Shown here: piece by piece, positions 52,892 through 64,000 of the stretch
Position numbering within the stretch: the stretch's first letter is position 1
Layout: the number at the start of each line of letters is the position of its first letter
NCBI GenBank assembly: GCA_950097015.1
Contig: CATNEN010000012.1
Span: forward strand, 1,612,001-1,676,000
Direction of reading: 5' to 3'
Origin: Macrostomum hystrix
Lineage: Eukaryota; Animalia; Platyhelminthes
DNA length: 64,000 nt
The notes under the pieces: generated by a model
Seen by the model: the letters and a program-made list of their open reading frames with translations, nothing else
What the model was told of the DNA's origin: nothing
Databases searched by the model: none
Position numbers and translations under genes: made by a program

Positions 52892-53748
52892 TGTACCAGG
52901 GCTTACTTCTTTTTACTTAATTTTACTGAATGCCACCAAAGTTGTACAGGTGGAAATTAATTATCTCACCGTTGTTATCAAAGTTGTACTGGGCTATTTT
53001 AATATTTCTACTACAGTTGACTCACATTAACTGGTGGACCTTAAAAGGGCCGTTTTAACTTCTCAAATGGTAGCGTTTATATATGCACGAGCGGTAATTA
53101 GGCAACTGTATACTTTTCCAGCCGATTAGGCGTCCCCGAGATTAGAGTTTAGCAGTTCCCTTCGATAATATTCTTAATATAACTTCTGAGTATAATTCTA
53201 ATTATACTTCTCACTGCTATCTTCCTTTAAAATGAATAACACAATGCAAAGCTGTCGGAAATTTATTTTTTAAACACACTTAAAACTATATTTACAAACA
53301 CCTCTTGAAAAACTACTTCAACTTTTAAACTCTTTAAACACTCTCCTGAAACACTTTAATACTCTTGTACAAAGGCTTTCAGCTTTTAACTCAACTCAAC
53401 AATTTCAACTTCAACTCTAAAAACACACACTTCGAAACACTCTTACAAACTCACTGAAACACTTTGAACACTTTCGAACTCTCTCGAACTCACACACAGG
53501 TTATTTTTCCAGACCAAAAGTGCGGCTATTTATAGTGAGAAAAATTAACTTTTGTTTAAACGGGAGCATTTTACATAATATTATTTATAATATGCGATTT
53601 AAAACAAAATTATTTACATACAGTATTACTTTTGATACGGTACAAAGATAAACAAATTATTATTTTTTTTTTTGGCGCATTTTTAATTTTATTTATTTTT
53701 ATAATTTTTATAATAGAATAACGTATATACAAGAGGCTAACTATTACA
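52892..53748 (-). repeat. 3' LTR (857 bp)
   Basis: Direct repeat of 56238-57093; the only difference I noticed is around a poly-T run near 53660. Confidence 0.92.
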
Positions 53749-53810
53749 ACTTTCCCTCTCTAAACAAAGAAATTTGAACGAAAAACAGAAAAAGAGTGAA
53801 AATTTCTTTT

Positions 53811-54479
53811 CTAAAAAGTACAGTTGTTCGGCAAGTCTTTAAAGTAGGGGAAATTTACTTGATTGAACAACCAGCGAAACTCGATATTCACCAATTGTCG
53901 TTGAAAAGTCCTCGAGTCGGCTTGCCGCAGGCGCTGTAGTTCTCGTCCGATTGCGGCGTAGAGGATTACAACCTCCGGCTGTGCCATCAGCTCTTTTAGC
54001 GCCCTTACCGCCGCCCATACTTGTGCTCGTTGGGGCAAGGCCTCGTCCAGCCTTAGGTAGGCTACTCTTGTTAAGTAGCGCAGAATGGCGAAGCGGAGCC
54101 GTTCGGCATGCTCCCCGTACTTCACCATCAACTCTTGATATGTCAGTTCGGTTGATGGCGGTGGCGGAGGCGGCGGCAGTGCTTCGGCAGCGGGTTGACC
54201 ATGCTTAGCCGCCGGCGCAATGACGATTTGGCACGTGCTTCTGGTACCCGGCGTATTCTTAGCGTGCCTCTCGACTGGTGTTACCGCCTGGGCCGCCATT
54301 ACGTCTGCTCTCCTCTTGTGGGGGTCCAGCTGTCGCACCTTAGTTGGCGAAGAAGTTCGCGGCCGCTTTCCTGCTACCGGTTGAGGCCTCGTCGGTTGTC
54401 GCTCTGGTGCTGATATTTCGGCGTCAAGATCCACTTCAGGTTCTAGAGATCGCAGTAATTCGTCCAGCTCGTTGTCCAT
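53811..54479 (-). CDS. Accessory ORF of unknown function inside the LTR element (222 aa from first ATG), in the env-like position
   Basis: Uninterrupted ORF MDNELDELL..KRPR..PPPPPPP..helical C-terminal half. TATATAA at 54549-54543 upstream; the stop lies about 60 nt before the PPT/3' LTR. Confidence 0.6.
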   Translation of the reverse strand: MDNELDELLRSLEPEVDLDAEISAPERQPTRPQPVAGKRPRTSSPTKVRQLDPHKRRADVMAAQAVTPVERHAKNTPGTRSTCQIVIAPAAKHGQPAAEALPPPPPPPSTELTYQELMVKYGEHAERLRFAILRYLTRVAYLRLDEALPQRAQVWAAVRALKELMAQPEVVILYAAIGRELQRLRQADSRTFQRQLVNIEFRWLFNQVNFPYFKDLPNNCTF

Positions 54480-54884
54480 TTCTCTGCGCAAATTAGCTTT
54501 CCTTCTCAAAATTGTTGCTCCTAGATGCTGACCCTCCCTTCATTATATAGGCTTTGGGGGTTGGCTAAAAACGAAATAATCATGGATACTGTTGTCAAGT
54601 CCTAACTCGCTTGCTATTGGCTGGCGCGGGAGGTGGGGTTAGGCAGACTCACGGCTGTGTGGCGTGGGCCGGGAGAAAAGTGGCTGAACATAGTTTGAGC
54701 ATAGTGAGCATAGAAAAATTTTCCTTTCTTTATAAAACCTTTAATTTTCAATTTTAATCTTCAAGCAAATGTTTTTGAAAAGCTGGCATCAAAACGAATA
54801 CATTGGTTTTTAAATTTTTCAAATATCATATGCCGTTCTCATTTTATTGACTGGCGGCACTAAAAAGGGCCGTTTAACTATTTT

Positions 54885-55292
54885 CTACTGTCCATTATTC
54901 ATTCTCTCGTAGTTAATCGCATTGTTACGTGGTCTAAGATTATATCTTGCTTCAGGAACTTGGTCCTCTTCATACTGCTCAGCTTCTTGTTCGATTGGTT
55001 CATCTTCTTCAGCTTCTTCTTGAATTTCTTCCTCAATTTCTTCTTCTATTACACTCTCAATTTCTTCTTCTTCAGATTCTTCAATGTCTTCAGGCTCTCT
55101 TATTCTCCACTGTAATCTTCTTTCATCTTCTTCTTCTTCTTCTTTTTCTTCTTCTTCTATCACAATTTCTTCTGTTCTCTTCTTCTCCTTGACTTTTGTC
55201 TTCTGCTTACTAATCTTCCCTCTCTTAATTTTTGGCTCTGTCTTTTCTTTTCTTTTAACTCTCGGATGTCTTCTTTCCAAACTATCAGGTCC
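54885..55292 (-). pseudogene. Basic then highly acidic open frame ending ..RYNLRPR.., probable remnant of a pol/integrase C-terminal tail
   Basis: The frame lacks an ATG. The K-rich then E-rich tract ends in a RYNLRPR motif of the kind common at LTR-retrotransposon polyprotein C-termini; AATAAA lies about 40 nt after the stop. Confidence 0.4.
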
Positions 55293-55888
55293 TTATAAAG
55301 GGGGAACTCTGTTGAACTATTGTCATCCGTTCCTACTTTTCAAGCGGACTAGAGATAGTCGGTCAGAATTTTCCGATACATGGCCTTATCACTGGCACAT
55401 TTTTCTCACTTTTTCTCTCGAGGGCTCAACTTCTTATCAGTCAGGGAAGTCTGGCAGCTCTAATGCACAAGGCTGAGGCCGCATTAAGACTACTGTTTCT
55501 GATATTTTTCTCTTCAAACACTCACTGACTTCACTTCTTTTTCCTGAAACTGGCTTCACTTCTTTTCTTGAAACATTAACTTTGATCTCCTTTCTTCTGA
55601 AGCAATCAGCTGGCATTGATTCGGATTAGTTACAGAAGTCTGATATCTCCTTTCTTTGTTTATCCTTAATTTTACTTTGCTTGTTATTTATGTGAGTAGG
55701 CATAATCGTTTATCTGACTGCGGTTACGTGTTTTTTTTTTAGCATAATAATTGCATTTTAACTTTTTATATTTTTATTGCTTTTGTTTCTTTTCTTTATG
55801 GTATGTTTACACAGTTTATATACACAAAGCATTTCTATACACTATTTACAAATTCAGCTTCATCCTTCACAGTTCCTGTCGGACACCT

Positions 55889-56173
55889 TTATTTATTCTC
55901 AGAGCGTTTCAGGACAACTCTGCACACATGGTAACCTGGTCTTTTGTCCTCTTGTTCTCTGCTGATTCTGCTTTTTATTTCTGTTGATGTTCCGGGTGTA
56001 CCACATTGATAGCACCTGTTGAACATGTGGAAATTGTCCTTCGTTATGGTCTCATGATTCCTTTTTCCTCTTCCAGCTGATCTATTCTCAGTTGTCTGTT
56101 GTTTTCCAAACAATGAGGGATGAGCTGGCTGCTGGTTCATCAGCACTGCCATAATCAACATTATAATCGACAT
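55889..56173 (-). pseudogene. Short gag-like remnant with degenerate zinc knuckle (CYQCGTPG..)
   Basis: ORF just downstream of the PBS; C-x2-C-G-x2-G is present but the H-x4-C half is missing. Confidence 0.35.
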
Positions 56174-56237
56174 CTTAACTGCTTTTCACTCTGTTTTTAA
56201 TCGCTGCTTCTCTAATCCTTTCCGCTGCCACCAAAGT

Positions 56238-57093
56238 TGTACCAGGGCTTACTTCTTTTTACTTAATTTTACTGAATGCCACCAAAGTTGTACAGGTGGA
56301 AATTAATTATCTCACCGTTGTTATCAAAGTTGTACTGGGCTATTTTAATATTTCTACTACAGTTGACTCACATTAACTGGTGGACCTTAAAAGGGCCGTT
56401 TTAACTTCTCAAATGGTAGCGTTTATATATGCACGAGCGGTAATTAGGCAACTGTATACTTTTCCAGCCGATTAGGCGTCCCCGAGATTAGAGTTTAGCA
56501 GTTCCCTTCGATAATATTCTTAATATAACTTCTGAGTATAATTCTAATTATACTTCTCACTGCTATCTTCCTTTAAAATGAATAACACAATGCAAAGCTG
56601 TCGGAAATTTATTTTTTAAACACACTTAAAACTATATTTACAAACACCTCTTGAAAAACTACTTCAACTTTTAAACTCTTTAAACACTCTCCTGAAACAC
56701 TTTAATACTCTTGTACAAAGGCTTTCAGCTTTTAACTCAACTCAACAATTTCAACTTCAACTCTAAAAACACACACTTCGAAACACTCTTACAAACTCAC
56801 TGAAACACTTTGAACACTTTCGAACTCTCTCGAACTCACACACAGGTTATTTTTCCAGACCAAAAGTGCGGCTATTTATAGTGAGAAAAATTAACTTTTG
56901 TTTAAACGGGAGCATTTTACATAATATTATTTATAATATGCGATTTAAAACAAAATTATTTACATACAGTATTACTTTTGATACGGTACAAAGATAAACA
57001 AATTATTAATTTTTTTTTGGCGCATTTTTAATTTTATTTATTTTTATAATTTTTATAATAGAATAACGTATATACAAGAGGCTAACTATTACA
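56238..57093 (-). repeat. 5' LTR (856 bp)
   Basis: Direct repeat of 52892-53748, followed on the minus strand by the PBS at about 56222-56233. Confidence 0.92.
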
Positions 57094-57533
57094 ATATCAA
57101 TACACAAAGTACCGTTTTACTGTTAGTTGAGGAGGAGCTAGGTTTTTCATTTTTCACGCGTCATTTACACCACGTTGTCAAGCTCAAGTTGTCATGCATA
57201 TTCACATTGACAGTATAAACAAGCCAGCAGCCAAATGTTTAACATTTTGCTTCAGTTTCAGTCAACCCTTGCGTACGAAGTGCGCACGTTGTAATAGATT
57301 ACATACGATACATATCGAGTTAGCACGCATGTCTCATGTTGAAGACTAGCGACAACCCTACCCCGACAATTCCAGAAACATTTCACCTAACTGGGCACCT
57401 GGCTAGTGAAGTTTCTTATAAGCACAAAGAGTATTATCACGTCCACGTGGCTCCCAAGTTTAAAGGTCGATTGCGTTATATCCTTAAATGGATGATCCAT
57501 TATATATAACTCAATACATAAGACTTTAATATA

Positions 57534-58765
57534 AAGTCTGATTTGTTTATTTATTTATTAATTCATCTTTATAAAGAAAACAAAGCTGCACTTTTTGTTA
57601 CCTTTATGTGATTTTCTTTGCTTTTGGAAATGGCTTGCTATAGATACCAAGCTTATTTAGATAAAGTAGCTAGCAAGTCAACTAGCTAAACCAGCGAGTG
57701 AATAAATAGCCATTAAACCCTACTGATCTTATCTAAGTTATTTATAACTGGCTTTTAAATTGAATAAAGCAAAAAATATCTTTGACTTTAGGTCAAATAA
57801 ATCATTTTTTATTTCATACTTTTGTGTGGAAAAGAGACCTATTAGTATTTTTGACTTAAAGTTTAGCCTTAACTTTAGTATTTATAGCAAATGTTTATAT
57901 TTCTATAGCTTCTAAATACAAATTGTTATTTAAGTACACTAGTTAAAACTTAAAGAAGCTACCTAACAAAAGTCCACTCTCAAATAGTTAGTTACATTGA
58001 CATTTTTCTTGGTGTACACTGTACTTGCCTTTTTCTGAATTCGATATATATATTTATATTTTAGCTAAAATAGCTACTCTAAATGCTAGGGTTAAATGTA
58101 TATTGTTATCTAATATTCAGTAGGCATATTTAGCAAAATTTTACTGATTATAATATCTATCTGTTAAATGTATTGCTTTAGAAATATTTATTGTTTACCA
58201 TTTTTCAAAATTCTGGGCATATTTTTCTGCTCAGCCTTTAGAATTTGGCATAGAGCTTTGGGGCCAGTTTTCCACTTGGTATTATTTGGCATAAAATGAA
58301 GAAAGCATGTCAAATTTCTTCTGGTATATGGCTAGCATGATCCAGACTAAGGCCTTCTGGCTTAAATAACTAATTCACTGAAATCAAATGGCTAATTTTC
58401 TTGTTCTATCCTGATAATACATAGTAATATCCTAGCTCAAAACAAAATTATTACATAGAGTTTTGTATATATATATATATATATAAAGTATAGGAAGCAT
58501 AACCCTAGCCTTATTTGATGCTTGTGACTTTTTCCATGCATCATGCCATAGTGCTTTCTTCTGTATTATAGGGCTTAGCTTTCAGTATTAGGTAATCTAA
58601 AAAACGACTTGCTTTTTGGTTTGCTCATAGTTTTATGAAGTCTATGATTTGTTTATTAATTTATTTATTCATCTTTATAAAGAAAACAAAGCTGCCCTTT
58701 TGTTACTTTTATGTGATTTTCTTTGCTTTTGGAAATGGCTTGCTATAGATAGCTCAAGCTTATTT
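57534..58765. repeat. Pair of ~120-bp direct repeats (57534-57657 and 58638-58765) upstream of CTPS
   Basis: Both contain TTCATCTTTATAAAGAAAACAAAGCTGC..TTTATGTGATTTTCTTTGCTTTTGGAAATGGCTTGCTATAGATA..CAAGCTTATTT. Confidence 0.85.
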
Positions 58766-59000
58766 GCTATTGATACTATTGATTTGCTATTGCTATTGAT
58801 ACAGATATATTGATTACAGAGAAATATAGAATATATAGAATATATAGAGTATATAGAAATATATATACTTCAAAAACACTTTAACACCACAAAAAATGTC
58901 ACTTTAATTGTAGAAAGTAAATCTCACTAATAACTTTCTTTTCAGCAGCTCAAGTTTAAACAAATATTAATTACAGCTAATCATATCTAAAGCTAATTCC

Positions 59001-62000
59001 ATGGCATCTTCAACTGAGAAAAGTGATAAGACTGAGGCAGACAATATGAAATACATATTGGTGACAGGTGGAGTTATCAGTGGTATTGGCAAAGGCATTA
59101 TTTCGTCATCTCTAGGCACTCTGCTCAAAGCCTGTGGTTACCGGGTCACATCTATAAAGATTGATCCTTACATAAACATTGATGCTGGTACTTTTTCTCC
59201 ATATGAGCATGGTAAGTCTCAGCTTCAGCATTATTAAGCAAACCTATTTTAAGTGTACAAGTAGTCAGTGGACCTGAAAACGTGAATACATCTTTTATCT
59301 ACCCTGTAGTTAGTGCTAAAATCTGCAATACCTAGCTGCCTGTAGTGGGCTGGCAAGGATTAATAATTGCAATATTGAGTTTTTATTTGCTTTCACAAAC
59401 CCATTCAGGTGAAGTTTATGTCCTTGATGACGGGGCTGAAGTTGACCTTGATCTAGGCAACTATGAGCGCTACTTGGATGTGACCCTGCACAGGGACAAC
59501 AATATTACTACAGGCAAGATTTATCAACAGGTTATAAACAGGGAGAGGCGCGGCGATTATCTTGGCCGGACGGTGCAGGTGAGTTCATTGTTTACCTGAA
59601 ACAAGAATTTTATTAGTTGCAAGATACTCCAATAAGTCAAAAGTTATTCAATTATAAAGGTAATTATCAATTCAAAAAGACTCAATGATCTTTGATTCAG
59701 GTCATTGAATTTATTGCGATGTATCAGTATATGACTGATTTGGAAATTGAGTTTGCTAGTTTGAGTTAATGAATCTTGTAGCAATCACTTCGAATTGGTT
59801 ATCTCTTTAAACTTATGACCTAAAGGTCGGGAGATCAAATCGCAGCCCAATGAATTTTTTGTTCTTGATTGAACCAGACACTAAATAATTCCATAGAACT
59901 TTCATTCACCCAGCTGTCAAATGAATACTAGCATTTTCTGGATTATTAAATTTAAGCGGGTTGTAGTCCAAAGACTGAACATCTGTACGCAGCCTTTGGA
60001 AGCGCCACGCCACTGGCTCCATCCGGCCTAACTAAGCTAGTTTTGGATGCTGTGCTATCAATCAGTTTATTATACCATGTTTTAAGCTAAAACCAAAAGA
60101 TTTAGGAATGCATTACGTTCTAAAATTATTCCCGTTATTTTCTGATGCTCTATAAGGGATAAGCGCTGTTCGCAACCAGGAGCTGAACACGCCTGAGCTC
60201 GATTTCGCAGCGAGGCCACATTTTTTTGGGGCGCAGCCGCGGAGAGAAGGCTTGGTGGCTTGCCGTGCAATTTATGACTTTTTAAGGCCAACATATAAGG
60301 CGCCGTGAAAGTGTACACTGCCTGACGATGAGAAAGTCAGGGCAGATGTACACAACTGTGTGTGTGCTCAGGAGTCAGCGAAATGGGCAGAACTGCCTCC
60401 TCGCTGGCAGCGGGTCTACTGTCACCAAATGATGTGCCATTGCCAGCAGCCCTTCTGAAATTATTATTATTATTATTAGGTGGTGCCGCACATCACAGAC
60501 GCCGTGCAGGAGTGGGTAAAGCGCGTTGCCCAGATCCCAGTTGACAGCACGGACAAGACGCCTCAGATCTGCATCATTGAGCTGGGCGGCGTCATCGGCG
60601 ACATCGAGTCGATGCCGTTCGTTGAAGCATTCCGCCAATTCCAGTTTAACGTTGGCGTCAACCGGTTCGCCTGCATTCACGTCTCCCTGGTACCGGAGCC
60701 GCGCACGACAGGCGAGCAGAAGACTAAACCGACTCAGATGTCTGTGCGTGAGCTGCGTGCTCTGGGCCTCAGTCCGCACCTGCTGGTCTGCCGCTGTTCA
60801 ACTCCGTTGAGCCAGTCGGCTGCCGACAAGCTAGCCATGTTCTGCCACGTGGCGCCGGCCCAGGTAGCAAAATTTATTTCACAATTCTTGTTAACAGATT
60901 CGAAATTATATAAATCCTCTAAAATTCTCTCAGGTAATAAATGTGCCAGACGCAAACAGCCTCTACAAAGTGCCCATCATGCTGATGGACCAGGGCGTGC
61001 ACCAGTTTCTGTTGCGCCACTTTCAACTGGACTGCGGCGCCCCGACTCAGGTCACCTTGGAAGACTGGCAGGAGCTGGCGAAACGGTGAGGCTTGTGCGA
61101 TTTCTTATATCCCGATCCTTCAGGGTCACATGATGTATCCCAATCCTTCAGGGTCACATGATGTATCCCAATCCTTCAGGTCACATGATGTATCCCAATC
61201 CTTCAGGATCACATGATGTATCCCAATCCTTCAGGTTCACATGATGTATCCCGATCCTTCAGGATCACATGATGTATCCCAATCCTTCAGGTCACATGAT
61301 GTATCCCGATCCTTCAGGTCACATGATGTATCCCAATCCTTCAGGATCACATGATGTATCCCAATCCTTCAGGTCACATGATGTATCCCGATCCTTCAGG
61401 ATCACATGATGTATCCCGATCCTTCAGGTCACATGATGTATCCCGATCCTTCAGGTCACATGATGTATCCCGATCCTTCAGGTTCACATGATGTATCCCA
61501 ATCCTTCAGGGTCACATGATGTATCCCAATCCTTCAGGTCACATGATGTATCCCGATCGTTCAGGATCATATGATGTATCCCGATCCTTCAGGATCACAT
61601 GATGTATCCCGATCGTTCAGGATCATATGATGTATCCCGATCCTTCAGGTTCACATGATGTATCCCGATCGTTCAGGATCATATGATGTATCCCGATCCT
61701 TCAGGTTCACATGATGTATCCCAATCCTTCAGGTCACATGATGTATCCCAATCCTTCAGGTCACATGATGTATCCCAATCCTTCAGGTTCACATGATGTA
61801 TCCCAATCCTTCAGGTCACATGATGTATCCCAATCCTTCAGGATCACATGATGTATCCCAATCCTTCAGGTTCACATGATGTATATTAATCCTTCAGGTC
61901 ACATGATGTATCCCAATCCTTCAGGTCACATGATGTATCCCAATCCTTCAGGTCACATGATGTATCCCAATCCTTCAGGATCACATGATGTATCCCAATC

Positions 62001-64000
62001 CTTCAGGTCACTTGATGTATCCCAATCCTTCAGGTCACATGTGATATCCAATGCATTTTCCGCAGAGACGCCCAGGCGCTAGACGAAGTGCACATCGGCA
62101 TTGTCGGCAAGTACGTGCAGTTCCAGGATGCGTACACCAGCATCATCAAGGCTCTGCAGCACGCCTCCCTGGATGCTAACCTGACGCTGCGCATCGAGTT
62201 TATCAACTCTGAAGACCTAGAGCAGGACGCAGGTGCAGAACGCCGGGTAGCTTATCACCAGGCCTGGCAGCGGCTCTGCTCTGCCCAGGGCATCATTGTG
62301 CCCGGCGGCTTTGGCGAGCGCGGAGTAGAAGGCAAAATTAATGCCATCGAATGGTGTCGCAAGATGCGTAGGCCATTTCTGGGTGAGATTACTTTAATTG
62401 GCCTCAGTATCTAGATACCATTGATCTGATGAATAGTTTCGGTATCGATAATTTAATTAGTGATTTTTTTATTTTACATCATCAATTAATCAGTTAGCAA
62501 TTGACAATTCGGGTATTGATATTTTCATTTTCAGCGATTTAATCTTCCATAATTCAGTTTTCAACAATGTGGGTATGCATAATTCAGTTTTCAACAATAT
62601 CCGTAATTCAGTTTTCAACAATGTGGGTATCCATAATTCAGTTTTCAACAATGTGGGTATCCATAGTTCAGTTTTCAACAATGTGGGTATCCATAATTCA
62701 GTTTTCAACAATGTGGGTATCTGTAATTCAGTTTTCAACAATGTGGGTATCCATAATTCAGTTTTCAACAATGTGGGTATCCATTATTCAGTTTTCAACA
62801 ATGTGGGTATCCGTAATTCAGTTTTCAACAATGTGGGTATCCATAATTCAGTTTTCAACAATGTGGGTATCTGTAATTCAGTTTTCAACAATGTGGGTAT
62901 CCATAATTCAGTTTTCAACAATGTGGGTATCCATTATTCAGTTTTCAACAATGTGGGTATCCGTAATTCAGTTTTCAACAATGTGGGTATCCGTAATTCA
63001 GTTTTCAACAATGTGGGTATCCATAGTTCAGTTTTCAACAATGTGGGTATCCATAATTCAGTTTTCAACAATGTGGGTATCCATTATTCAGTTTTCAACA
63101 ATGTGGGTATCCGTAATTCAGTTTTCAACAATGTGGGTATCCGTAATTCAGTTTTCAACAATGTGGGTATCCGTAATTCAGTTTTCAACAATGTGGGTAT
63201 CCGTAATTCAGTTTTCAACAATGTGGGTATCCATAATTCAGTTTTCAACAATGTGGGTATCCATAGTTCAGTTTTCAACAATGTGGGTATCCGTAATTCA
63301 TTTTTTAATAATAACTATTTAGGTTTTAATAGTTCAGTTATTGATAACTTAGATTTCGACCATAAGTGCTGCATATTTTATTTTAAATGAACTGTCCAAT
63401 CCCATTCGACTAATCTACCAGGCATCTGTCTGGGCATGCAGTGCGCCGTTATTGAATTCGCTCGCAATGTACTCGGCTGGCGAGACGCCAATAGTACAGA
63501 ATTTGCCAAGGACACCCAGCACCCCGTGGTGATTGACATGCCCGAATTCAATCCGGGGGACATGGGCGGCACAATGCGCTTAGGCAAGCGTCGGACCACC
63601 TTCACAGTGGACCAGTCGGTCAGCACGGTGCGCCGCCTGTACAGAAATGCGCCCTACATCGAAGAGCGGCATCGGCATCGTTTCGAAGTGAATCCGCGCA
63701 TGATTGACGAACTCGAACAGCAGGGCCTGCGATTCACCGGTCGCGACGGCGACCGCATGGAAGTGCTGGAACTGGCCGACCATCCTTACTTTGTTGGCGT
63801 CCAGTTTCATCCCGAGTACCTCAGCAGGCCGATGCGCCCCAGCCCTGTCTTCACTGGCCTAGTCCTAGCTGTCAGCGGCGGCCTCAAGAAGGCCCACAGG
63901 GTGCGGCTACTGTCGCAGCAGCGATCCGCCTCCATCGACGAGTCGGTCGATCAGATCAAAGCCTTGAGCTTCAACCACACGCCTGGCATTGTTGGCAGTG
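59001..64000 (+). CDS. CTPS: CTP synthase (5' part; runs off the window end)
   Basis: In-phase exons 59001-59211, 59409-59578, 60480-60863, 60934-61085, 62066-62382 and 63422->64000. Motifs [100 protein letters not shown] (GATase Cys), [21 protein letters not shown]. Confidence 0.97.
59790..60050 (+). mobile_element. Diverged SINE family B copy in CTPS intron 2
   Basis: AAGGTCGGG, TTCACCCAGCTGTCAAATG and GACTGAACATCTGTACGCAG blocks match 52262-52542. Confidence 0.5.
60157..60477 (+). mobile_element. SINE family A copy (5'-truncated) ending at the CTPS exon-3 acceptor
   Basis: Shares GCGAGGCCACATTT..GGGGCGCAGCCGCGGAGAGAAGGCTT..CTGCCTGACGATGAGAAAGTCAGGGCAGATGTACAC..GCTCAGGAGTCAGCGAAATGGGCAG..(ATT)n with 42911-43289. 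Confidence 0.75.
61105..62040. repeat. 27/28-bp minisatellite (CTPS intron 4)
   Basis: Unit CCTTCAGGTCACATGATGTATCCC(A/G)AT. Confidence 0.96.
62545..63305. repeat. 30-bp minisatellite (CTPS intron 5)
   Basis: Unit AATTCAGTTTTCAACAATGTGGGTATCC(A/G)T. Confidence 0.97.

Larger units (their letters stand above)
52892..57093 (-). mobile_element. Non-autonomous LTR retroelement (Gypsy-like by 4-bp TSD), 4.2 kb, recent insertion
   Basis: Near-identical direct repeats 52892-53748 and 56238-57093, both TGT...ACA. 4-bp TSD ATAT (52888-52891 / 57094-57097). On the minus strand, PBS TGGTGGCAGCGG follows the 5' LTR (complementary to the tRNA-Leu 3' end CCGCUGCCACCA) and PPT AGAGAGGGAAAG precedes the 3' LTR. 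TATAAATA and AATAAA occur inside the LTR. No RT/RH/IN core in the 2.5-kb interior. Confidence 0.92.

Noticed and set aside
55283-55300. GPY motif (KLSGPYKGG) suggesting an integrase GPY/F domain
   Set aside because: It lies on the plus strand, opposite to the element orientation set by PBS/PPT, and has no surrounding integrase sequence.

Overview
Eukaryotic (metazoan) genomic DNA with GC-rich exons, poly-Q tracts and introns filled with unrelated minisatellites. This style suggests a free-living flatworm such as Macrostomum, but that is inference only. Genes reconstructed by hand from GT-AG sites and reading phase: the 3' part of an SBF/MTMR5-13 myotubularin pseudophosphatase (+); a complete 10-exon half-size ABCG transporter (-); a cryptic 2-exon, 98-aa secreted prepropeptide ending KR-CRLKDYRACPIG-stop (-), only partly shown by the ORF track; a membrane-anchored double-C2 synaptotagmin-like gene (+); a 2-exon Ig-domain surface protein (+); an intronless CCCH zinc-finger gene (+); and the 5' part of CTP synthase (+). 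Mobile elements: a recent non-autonomous LTR element (near-identical 856/857-bp LTRs, ATAT TSD, tRNA-Leu-type PBS, PPT) with no RT/RH/IN core but an intact accessory ORF; a Mutator-like element with a 9-bp TSD; and two tRNA-derived SINE families. Roughly a third of the window is tandem repeat, and most long ORFs in the ORF track are artefacts of those arrays. There is no CRISPR array, and no rRNA or bona fide tRNA gene was recognised.
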